Source: Tubulanus polymorphus (lineage: Eukaryota > Animalia > Nemertea). Taken from it: a DNA stretch of 64,000 nucleotides. The notes beneath the pieces are model-generated. The model did not search any database, had not been told where the DNA came from, and saw nothing but the letters and a program-made list of their open reading frames with translations. Shown here in pieces: positions 24,601 to 36,300 of the stretch (position 1 is the first letter of the stretch; every line of letters begins with the position of its first letter). The stretch covers positions 26,020,299 to 26,084,298 of the forward strand of contig NC_134025.1 of NCBI RefSeq assembly GCF_964204645.1. Direction: 5' to 3'. The position numbers and the translations under genes were made by a program.

Positions 24601-27198
24601 GTATTATAGATTTGGACGAAACTTTAGTTCATAGTTCTTTTAAGGTATGTAAAACTATATGTGTGTGTGTTTGCGCGTTCTTTTCTTGTTGTAGTGCGAT
24701 GATAAATCTGTGAATATTACGAACCTATCATTGATTTCCCGTGAGAGTAGAGAATTAATAGATCACTCGTGCTTCGTTGCACATCTCTGTTCGAGAAAGT
24801 AAATCGAGTAGCAACATCCTAGCATCGATTTCACGCTATAATGCCACTAACTATTCTGTAACGTCGCCTATTCATGTATTAAAGTCTCCCGCTTAACCTC
24901 TTCAAAAAGACTGCAATATCTCGGCTATGTGCAAATACGATTTTAGGGCCAACTGTATAAACTATCGACATCTGATACATGTAACTGTAATACATGTATA
25001 TATTCATAAGTATTTCGATTTTCATTATTGTTAAAGGTCCTGTTACTGTAAGAATGCGTTTCAGCACTTAATGAATGACCCTTTGTCTACTGTGAAGTCT
25101 TAATTAACCTTTTACATATTCAAGGCATTGCATGGTTTTATCAGATGTCAGTCTCTCCGATGAGACGTACTCGATAGTCACATTAAATTCTAGTTTTTTC
25201 AATTCTATGCAGCATCTTCATCAAAATGCGCCGAGGTCGATGTATTTCAATCTTCTTTGATTTGCTTGATGCTAAGGAAAATGAACCATAGTGTGTTCAA
25301 GCGTATTTGCAGCCCTAATTAATTTCTGCGACGTATTAATCTTGCGCTGGTGGTGACAAATTTTAATTACAACTTCAAACAGACGGGAGTGATCTAGTGT
25401 AGAGATTCTGTCAGCTTTACCTCTTCCTACAGGCCGTAAAACACAGACAGTTGATGATTTTAGCTGGCGCGCTATCTCCCAGTCAGACATGTCTACACGA
25501 CCTTGGTTAAACGAATATGACTCATCCGATCCGAGTTTAATGCATATTAATGCTATTTGACGAAGATGTCGCTATTAATGCACAATTCAGATCTTGAGCG
25601 GGGGACCTAGTGTAAAGCCATTTCCCAATTTTAGTATTATATAGCTACGTGTATATGCAAAATACTGTGTTCATATATTTTTTCATGTCAAGTGCGTTTG
25701 CATTTGAAGTGGTCGCATTTTTACCAATAACTCCTGACGTGCGGCTACGTATATATAAGCATAGTACTGGCATTTAACTTACTTCTGTCTAATTCCCTCT
25801 CTCAGAAATGGCCTTCGAAGTGTTTCGGTAATTTTCGAAATAGATTCTTTAAAAAATAAGCTATGAAGGCACTCTTCATTTCACCGAAGAGCAATTAATA
25901 TTTTGAACCAATACCCGGGGAACCTTAAACCGCTCAAGGGTCTCTGTTTAATTTTCATAATTTCATTCACGACACTCTGATTTCAGCAGTAATTAAAAGT
26001 GTCTATGATTAATTGAATAGGCTCGGGGCGAACAATCCTGTAATTGTTGTTCTGTGATGGTTTTTGCCTTCGCTCAAGATTTTTTCTTTCTTAAACAAAT
26101 TTTTTTTTTTTTGAAAATATTTGCAGGAAGTTCCTAATGCTGATTTTATAGTTCCAGTTGAAATAGATGGAACAGTTCATCAGGTGACTATTGATTGCTA
26201 TGTTATTTTCATTTCTGTCTATTTATATCAGTAATGCTGGTTACTCATTCATAATATTCATTTCACAGGTTTATGTATTAAAGCGGCCTTTTGTAGATGA
26301 ATTTTTACAAAAAATGGGAGAGCTATACGAATGTGTATTATTTACTGCAAGTTTAGCGAAGGTAAGTTTTTTTTTGGCATTTTGATCTCGATCATAAATC
26401 GAGCGGCGTGTATTTGAGGCCCAAAAAAACGCTGTCATCAGCTGAACATAATTTGTCTTCTTGACGATGGAATTCGATGCTATATTCACTATCTAAGGAA
26501 GCATCGGTTTTCATACCAAATTTGCGCATCATTTGTAAGCTGAGACTGAAGCTGCCACTGGGAACATTACGCATTTTATGGCCCAGACATATGTCTGTAA
26601 ATCGACAGGAGCAGCTGAAGGCGTGACTAGTGTGATTATTTTGTTTTTCAGTATGCAGATCCTGTGGCTGACCTGCTCGATAAATGGGGTGTCTTCCGGG
26701 CACGATTATTCAGGGAATCCTGTGTCTATCACAGAGGAAATTATGTTAAGGTAACTGTAAAAAAAATTACGATTACTTACATCTCAAATCTTAGATAAGA
26801 ACCGCCGTATTTATATAGTGCTCATATGATACTTGTTACAGGACCTAAGTCAGTTGGGGAGAGAACTTTCACAAGTAGTGATAGTGGACAACTCGCCAGC
26901 CTCATACATCTTCCATCCAGATAATGCAGTATGTATATTTATGTTCAGTACAATATTTGTCTAATCGACTTTTTACCCGTATCTTATGAATGTTGCGCCG
27001 GTTGTCTGTCTCCGGTTGTTATCTTCCGATAAAAGTTTCTTTAAATGTTATTTGCAGGTACCTGTACAGTCATGGTTCGATGATATGTCAGATTCGGAAC
27101 TGCTCGACCTGCTACCGTTCTTTGAATCGATAGCGAAAGAGGACAATATTTATACGATATTACGGAATGCCAACACTCACCACGGCCCACCTTCATAG
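18650..27198 (+). CDS. CTDSP1/2/L: Carboxy-terminal domain small phosphatase (SCP/CTDSP family, HAD DxDxT), 259 aa
   Basis: Exons 18650-18728 ([13 protein letters not shown]), 24120-24241 ([10 protein letters not shown], palmitoylation motif), 24543-24644 (catalytic [12 protein letters not shown]), 26127-26183, 26269-26361 ([13 protein letters not shown]), 26652-26750, 26842-26928 ([14 protein letters not shown]) and 27058-27198. All are GT-AG and phase-consistent; total 780 nt. Confidence 0.96.
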
Positions 27199-30100
27199 TG
27201 CACAAGAAAACCCAATGCAAATGACCTTCGAGGAAACGTGTGGCCAAAATTTTCTACGATTGTTTTATTTCGGGAGTTGTTGGGCGGGTGTTGTTATTGT
27301 TGTTATCGCCACCCCTCGCTGCTTCATTTCATCGCCGACTGTCTTTCAACAGAAAAACTCCTTGTCGTGAAAATACGCGCGCGCGTGCACGCACGTGCGT
27401 CGTGTACAAACTGAATCACATCCTGTCCAAAAAACATGTCGTCATCGAAACGTGGAGTAAAATATAAACGCGATGTTGAAAACGATGTATTTTGAACGGC
27501 GGAACGAAACCTGGTGTTTTTTGTGTGAACGTGAAAGTCTGAATTTGGCATGACTCTGGATATCTAAAAACGAAGCTGTTAAAAGCGGATGGACAAAATA
27601 ATTCTTGTGTGGTCTTGATAAGGCTAGGCTTACAGGAGGTTATGTGCTCCACGAGATAAGTTTCGGACAGCGGGTTTCTCCAGTATTAGAATGTAGGTTA
27701 GCACGATGTCTCTCTTATTATTGCTATTTGAGAATGGGGTATTTGTTTTGGAAAATTTCATACTAACTCCTAGTGATTATCAGTTGGTTTATTTCTTTTG
27801 CCCCTGGATTGTTCAGAGTTTATTAAAATTAGTTAGTCAAGGCTGTACGAGACCTCAAATTTGAATTAACGTCAAGCAAACAAAGTAATGTATCCCTCCA
27901 AAGTGCAAATTTTGTATCTGGAGTTTCAACTATTATGAGAAAATATTTGAGAATTGCTCTCACTGACGGAATTTGTAGAAAAAAAATATTTTTGTTTGAG
28001 CTCACAAAAAAACTAGTCCAAAACATATTACGCTAACCAGACGCAGCGTATTGGAATTTCCGACTCATTGTATAGTTTATCAAAACCTAAGAATTTTGAT
28101 TTGTTTTGTTTTCTGTTAGTTCTTTAAATGATTATTACGCTATTATGCACTGGTCGATTCAAAAAAGAATAATTTTAAAAGAAAAAGAAAATATATAGTA
28201 TACAAATGTACCGGACGAAAAAAAAAGTCTGCTGTTCGATAGTTTTGTACATAGCTGTAAAGACGAAAGAGCCAATGTATTGAATATTATATATAGTTTG
28301 TACAGGTAAATTACATAATTTCATACAAGGATGCTGTTCTGTGCATCTTCGTTGAGCAACAGATTTATACATACTGAAAAACGAATATCTTTGTATGTCA
28401 TAATCTAAAGAAGAATATATATATATTGAGAGAGGTGAATATAGTAGATTATGAAGGCTGTCTTGAATAAGCCATCGAAAATTTAATTTATAGTGATAGA
28501 TACAGTGTGTGCTATTTATTAACAAGCATGTTGATATTAGACTTGTTCTTTACCACATGGCTAATTCGCATGCTTGCATGTCTAACAAATTGACTTCTCT
28601 TGTCCTGATTGTTTTAACCGTAGAATTAATTGTACCCATCCACTGGATCTGCTTAGGCCTTTGAAATGAAAGTTGTTAATATCCTTGTGGCTTCGTGAAC
28701 TATGTAATCTGGAATGCTCGTCATTTTGTCAGTCATCTTGAGAAATTTAATGAGCTATCTATAGAATATATACCGTGTGATTTGAACCATTCTTTGATTG
28801 AAATTCTGATAGAAATTCATCTCCTATGGAGGTTTAATAATACAATTGGTGAATAATACATTCGAAAAACCATTATCAATGATTACAGTTATTCTTTTGA
28901 TTTTCATAAAATTACATTTTGCGAAAAAAATTATGTTCATGATGATAGTTATTGTTCTTGCTCAATTTTGCTTTTATGTGGTCAATATACTTTATGTATA
29001 ATTGTCCATGTAGACTTTGCATTCGGTAACACAAAAGGTTCATTCGGACCATTCGTTTAAATGGTTACCTCTTAAACCCTTGATTAGCTGGGGTCATTTG
29101 TTCATCCATATCAAGTCGACTGAGAAGTGAACCATTTTTATTGTACTGTAAAATTGCATGGTTATTTATTGTTTGAGTTGATCTGTCAGAACTTGTTGTT
29201 ACCTCTGATATGAAATGATCACATAATCAGTGCGTTACAGATAAAACAATGAATGTTCAGGCATATCACGTCGCCAACACGTGCGTGAAATTGGACTCCG
29301 TCTGAAATGTCTGTTATCTCGAATTTGAAATTGAAAACTTGTTTACTCAGAAAACTGACTGAAATTCGACTTATTCGTGAACGTTGTTCTCATCGGAAGA
29401 TTAGACACGTCAAAATGTTGGTCAGGAGCTATTTGGATGTTGGTTGCAGAGTTGAAGAAAACGCTATGTTCATGTGTTTGTGTATTTCACATGATAGCGA
29501 AGGCTTTATGACTTCGCACATGTCACCTCAAGTATGGAATCAATATTTGAAGTACAGTCCTACTATTGACAGTGGACACCAGTTAAAGGGGTGGAATACG
29601 ACTTGCAGTGCCCTCTGATTATAAATTATCCAACAATATTGAATATTGAACCGTTCAATAGTTGCGTATTATGCTTTGCAAATTTCTCATTTCGAACTAT
29701 TGTTGCAGACCCATTATTGTGAACGTCAGGGTCGTTGCTATTTAATGTGATTACACTGAAGCTAAATCTTCATGAAATATGAATATAATGGTGCTTAAAA
29801 TAAGAATAAGAGTTTGAAAGTATCATTGTTATTTTCTTTCCTATATAGAGTTACTATGCAACATCTTTAGCTGGCACTGTTTTATGTTGATATCGCACTG
29901 GTTAATGATGTCACCATTTTTAGCGCGGCAATAATTGATTTCATTTTCTCCTAGAAATTCTCGTCATCAAATTGAAAGTCAATTACGGTATGCACACTTC
30001 TGCACCAAATCTCAAAGTTTTTCTCTGAAGAATTTCACATCAGATCCTCGAATGTTAGGCATCTTGACATACTTTTCCTTTGATACTAAAAATACTATTC

Positions 30101-31505
30101 GAATGAGTATAAATGATGTGTTCATTTACTATTCTCCAGTGACATATGTGGAAAAAAGCTAAAAATTGTTTTAAAAAACCTATTAAAAGTCAAAACATTA
30201 TTCGAACTACTGCCAAATTAGCTGTACAAGATGTATAAGTCTATTTTATGACACCATAATCTAGATGTAAATGGCTTATGTATTCCTCATTTAACCAAAG
30301 TTGAAGAAAGTCTTGTTATTTCCTGTGAAGTGATTCGTATTTGCTGTATAGTGTCATGTATTAAATGGATTTTGTTGTATGTGCTCAAAGACAGACTTTA
30401 AGCCTCTCGTATGTCACTGACCTCAACATCACAAGTTCAACACCTTTGGCTCCTTACCCTATCACTTTTGTTGTGCCACCCCAATCCAACTCCCTTTAAT
30501 TGAGCAATTCTGAATTACAGGATTTGTTTTTTCGTTGATGTGATGTTAATATGTATGGTGCTCATTTTAATGAGGCTTTGTTTATTGTTTTTAAGTGAAT
30601 ATTTGAATAAAAAGAAAGCTGTTTTGTGGCTTTATGAACACTGCGCAGGTGTTTTTCAAAGAAACTGCCCAAACAGATCGAAACCGCATACATTTTGACC
30701 TGCATGTTTTTTTCACCAGGTCAGCACTTCAGCTTTTCTTAGCATGTGTTTGTCATGAAATAAGTACTGAAAGTAACTGAAGATTCTTATTCATCTGAAT
30801 TCTGGAACTAAATGTTTGTCAGTTTTTCTCATTTTGAGTTTTTGACTATGAATAAACAACCATGGATTATGAATTTATCGCTCAACCCGGGTTTGAAGTG
30901 CAATTGCCTGTAACATGATGTCAGTTCTGATCTTTAATGTATATCTATGTAACTTCAATCTTGCTAATCTTTTGTCATTCTTTGTGCAAAATTAGGCCTC
31001 ACTAAGGTCACAAATGTACAGTTGTGTACAACAACTACATTGCGGATACAAAATAGATATGTGTGCTGATCCAAAATCGTGAATTATATTTATTTGAGGC
31101 CACAAAAATACTTGCAATAATAAATGAAAGTTAAGACACCTATATAATATATATAAATCTCTATGTATAATCAAGAAGAACTAGGTATACGTGAACAAAT
31201 TATCATTGCATATTGATGGAAATTGTAATAATGAAGTCTCTTGTGAATCTTATAATTCAGATGTGTGGATGGTCGCAATTATTTTGATAAATTCTAAACT
31301 AGTCCATTGATAAGATTGTAGTAATTTTTGTGTCAAAGTAAATCACTGTACATTATGGATCACTATTTTTGCTACAAAACCAAAATGTTTCAAAACCCAT
31401 TTCTATACATAGATAATTCTGTCAGTCTGTTAAACATAGAGATAAGAAAAAATAATAATTTTCTATATTCATAAAGCCTATAAATATGTATGATACTAAC
31501 ATGTA

Positions 31506-31546
31506 AATAAAAATACAAGTATTGAAATTCATGAATGTCTTTTATT
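31506..31546. terminator. Candidate back-to-back polyadenylation signals between CTDSP (+) and INVS (-)
   Basis: AATAAA on + at 31506-31511 and on - at 31541-31546, each followed on its own strand by a U-rich tract. Confidence 0.4.
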
Positions 31547-33389
31547 TTTTTGTCTCGCTTATGCTTTCACAGATTTTCGATTTACAGTTCAATACCGCCA
31601 ACTCCCGTGTGCTATAGTTACTCTGGAGCAGTACCTTGATAAGCAATCTATAACAGGGAAGACCTTGGCTTCACATACTTAACAGGCCATCAACTTAATC
31701 TTGATTTTAAAGCGCAGGCTTATGATGCAGGTGTCCTTTAGGTATTCATCTACAGCCCGACACACCACCCCGTTCAATACTTATATCATCATTCTTCCAA
31801 TTCTTGATTCTCAAGGCTTCTCAAGGCTTTGCCTTTGTGTTCTGGTCCTCAGAATCGAAGTAACAGCTGGACAACAAACAGCAGAAATTGGTCATTGTAA
31901 TGCAACACTTTAATGTCTTAAGGTCTTGGGACCACACTGGTTCAACACTTACTTCACTGTTACTGATTAGCGGGTACGTAGCTGTTAGATGTTAGATACC
32001 AGTACTGTTAACTAGGGAAGCGATGAAGGACCTCGAGTTGTCGTGTTCCGAGTCGTCATATTTAGGTCGATGAAAATCGGTCGAAACTGACTTGAAACTC
32101 GGTCGTATTTCTGGCATCCTCATCTTACATTTTGACGTGTTGTCAAATGACAACTTGTCACGTGGAAAATGGGTGACAAGGTGTAAAAATGTCACGATAT
32201 GTCAACATGTTCATGTCGACTTGACGCAATATATTGATATAAATATGACGACTTGTTGCATTGGGATGCAACAACTGGAGGCCCCTTATCACTTCCGTAG
32301 TAAACAGTCAAGCAGAGATTTGCATATCTTTTACAGTAATTCAATTTCTTATCAAAGAGTATATAGTCTATGGTTTTATGTACCAGCAAGCATCTGTCAG
32401 ATTGACAACAAGTCAATGCCCCTTGATTATACAAATGAAAAAAAACTTGCAAGTTTTCTATAACAAGAAAAAATCTTTTTATTAGAAGTCAGGTGGAAAA
32501 TATGAATATCCTTCTATCAAAATTATGTAACAACCATATTCACAATTCAATTACAGCAGTTATTATAAAACCATGGACTCAAACAAATTTACAACAGATC
32601 AAAAGAAACTTCACATCAACACATTCATTTCTTATTACCAGTACATATTAATCAGTATAGAATTCATGAATTACATATCCTTTTGTTAAACCAATCTTAT
32701 CAAAAATCAATTTTGATTAGAAAAGCATAATTACATAATTATAACTCATAACTTATTCATAATTCAGGTACCAGGGTAATGTATTTTCTTGGAGTAGTAG
32801 ATATGACATTATGCTGGCTTAAAATTACTCACATTTGCCTTAGATAAGAAAGCTGGTAATGAATCATCACATACCGGTACACGATGATGGGTAACAATAA
32901 AAATCAATTTATCATAATAAAAATAAACTAAATCTAACAAACAGCCCAAATCTACTGGCATTCAGCATATTGTGGATATAAGAAAGCTGACTATGAGTCA
33001 ATCTCTTACATGATTATGCAGAAAAGTGAAGTCAATACATGTATATCCTGTTATGAAACTATATTTAATACTTTTTTGTATTTGATATGTATATATACCA
33101 GTAATGAACAGGACCTGGAATATTCAGCAATAAATGCACATACAGTTGCTAAAAGAGCTCAAATTTTTGGAAGGACTATTTAAGGAACCACTTAAAAACA
33201 ATTGAATGAATCATTTAAAAACTCTCACCAAAATGTTAAAAAAAATATCTTTCACAACGACAATGTTTCAGCAGTTGACACCACTTGGAATTAGTACAAG
33301 AGCCTTTATCCTAGTTCAAGGGACAATCCTCTGATCGAGTACATATGACACATCAACTCCGCACAGTTCAGATCCACAGCAGCACAGAT

Positions 33390-36300
33390 TCATTTCATCA
33401 TATTATATGACCAGTGTTTTTTTGAATTTTTAGATGAACTTCTGGACACAGAAGGCTTACGAATACCAGCTGAAATAGAAATGATAGATTTATCACATAT
33501 CTAATTAACAATTAAATAGCAATGATAGATTTATCACATATCTAATTAACAATTAAATAGGTTGTAGTTTAAGAATGAATTTGTATCAATATCAACTCAG
33601 GAGCGAAATCCACAGTTTTGGTCTAAATTGTGTGTATAGGGGAGACTGATTGTGACTACAGAGTCAAGTTTAAGACATGATTGGAACCAACTCCTGAGAA
33701 GTTGGTGTGAATGTTTAATGTACCGGTACCTTTATTACTTTCATCGCTTGATCCTACAATATCACCATTACTACTACTACTGCTAGTATTACTATTACGG
33801 TCACTACTGCTAGGAACTATTTGTGACTTTGAATGACCTTGTCTAGCAACAACAGGGTGATACTGATCGACTGCAAAATTATAGGATAATGCTGAAAAAG
33901 AGAAGTAAAAAATTGGCCAATTTATAATGAAAATGAGTTTTTGAACATAAACCTAATGGGGGGGAGGGGGTGGCACGATCAAGCTTACCGGCTGGAGATG
34001 GAACATATTTTGACCAAGTCGGTCGCGTTGGACGGTTATTTGTAGGAGTCCATCCACCTGGCTTAATTTTTTCACCTTCAAGAGGAAGAAAACAATGATT
34101 TAATGTAGCAACTTAATATTCATAAACTCTCATGCCAAGTAAAAGTAGAACAAGCCATAGGCGACAACGGTTCTCGGGCTCAGACTCGAACTCTGAAATC
34201 ATCACGTGTTAGTTCCCATTGCATTTTGGAAATTTTGTATCTAGGGCCAATAGCTAAATTTTGTTAAGATAATTTTTTGAATTTCAATCCTAGTGCCAAT
34301 GGGGCACTGGGCCCATTCTTTAGCTCTCTGCACAATTAGACCCCATAATGACATTGTACCAAAGTTTCATCAAGTTCAAACCGCTGAAAGACAGACACAC
34401 ACACACATTCAAACAGACAGTACAAGGATAAGGGTCTCACGGAAGCCCAAGAACCAATCAGAACTTACTGTATATTTCTTTAACAATCGTTTTTTGTTTC
34501 AGGGATACACTTTCAGGATCCCATGTATGTACAACATGTTTTCTATTTGGCGTTATAGTTTTCAACAAGCGTTTTCTGAAAAGATGAACAAAATATTCTA
34601 TACCAGGTAATTATGATCTTTATAACATGACAATCAATTATCAGTACCGGATAATATGTTATTCCAAATACCTGCAGTATTTTCTCCAGGCGAGTTGAAT
34701 TGTTAGAGCAGCTATCTGTCGAATCCACTCCTCTTCTCCGGCTTCTAAACGCTTATTTCTTATCGCATCCTGGGCAGTTTTCAGAACTCCCTTTTTGATG
34801 TACAAATAACTGGAACAAAAGAAGTAAATAAACAAACTGAAATTATTCAATTTTAAAAAGCAAGATGGCTTTTCTTCCAACACGCACTGTCTAAATCCAC
34901 GCTGAATAGTCGAAGCAGCTTTTTGCTTCAGTCTAAATTCATCTTGTCGGCTTCGTTCGGCATCAACCACTTTTTTCCGGTTTTGTTGCTTGCGTAGAAT
35001 TCTTTCTTCTTCCGTTAGAATGATCTCATTACGTTTACGCCTTCGCCGAGTGGTAGCCGGCTGTTCATCTAAAAGAGCTTCTGCTGCGATGATTTCCTCG
35101 ATTCGTCGGTTTTCTATTTCTTGTAAGTTTTTAATATTCTGACGACGTTTGTATTCATCATCAGCTTTTTTCCTTAGAAAAAAAAGAATTTGAAGTAGCC
35201 CTGTTAAAACTAATTGAATAACCTAAGCATTTTTCGATCTACTGATAATACTGACTTAGCTGCATCTTTTCGAAGTTGTTCATGTTTCATCAGCAATTGC
35301 TTTCTCTCGAGGAAAGTTTTACGAACTCTGTAGCCGCGGAAATACGACTGAACTTTAGCCGCTGCGATTTCCTGAATTCCGCTGATTGACAAAGATCCCT
35401 GTTCAATGAGAAACTGCGCAACAGCGTGATGTTCACCCATCAGTGCATAATCCAAAGGGGTATATCTAAAAGGTATACATAACATAATAATCAATTTCAT
35501 GGTAACTAAGAGAGAATTTCACCCTTAGCAATAGCATTAATTACTTTTTTCTAATACAATTGATAATCTGCATATTTGTTGGTAATTTCATTCATCTTTG
35601 CCGAATATGGCCTTCAGAGAACCTAAATATGAATTGCACTTAAAACGTTATTACCTGTCCTCTGTAAATTCCATACGGTTTGAAAACGCATTATATTCGA
35701 GCAGTAGTTTTACTGCGTCGAGATGTCCTTTACTGCAAGCCCAATGTAAGGCACTCATTCCCTGAAAGATTTAAGTAATGCTCATTCAAACATCACGTTA
35801 GATGAATGAAGATTTATCAAAGAGTAAGTCGCTAATGTGCTACAGTGTCGTTTATAGACATACCTCATTATCTTGCGTGTTAGGATCAGCTTTGTTCTCT
35901 ATGAGCACAGACATACAATTTACACAACCACCATATGAAGCACAGTGTAATGGCACCCGACTACAAATAAAATGACCAGATTTGAAAACTGAAAATTGCC
36001 ATTAGAGTAAAATCATAGGCGAAAACTGTTTGATTATGCTAACTATCTAAACAAATCTCCCTGACATTCGTTGATTTTTAGCTTTTTTACAAAATTCCCT
36101 GACGATTCCCCGACTTTTTTGAATTTAAGAAAATTCACCAATTTTTCGTTGATTTCCAGATATGTGGCCACCCTGTGTACTGTAGGCTACATACCCCGAT
36201 AGGTCTCTGAAGTTGGGATCAACGCCGTACTTGATAAGCATTTGACAGATATACGCATGACCGCCGAGAGCAGCCCAATGAAGTGGAGATCGACCGTCAT

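Noticed and set aside
26184-26268. miR-26 in the CTDSP intron homologous to its vertebrate host intron (between ..VHQ and VYVLKRP)
   Set aside because: The intron is only 85 nt, AT-rich, and has no TTCAAGTAAT sequence or long hairpin.
27199-31520. miR-124 sites, as in the vertebrate SCP1 3' UTR
   Set aside because: No TGCCTT seen by eye. The isolated seed matches to other miRNAs (e.g. ACCAAAG at 30294) are expected by chance in 4 kb.
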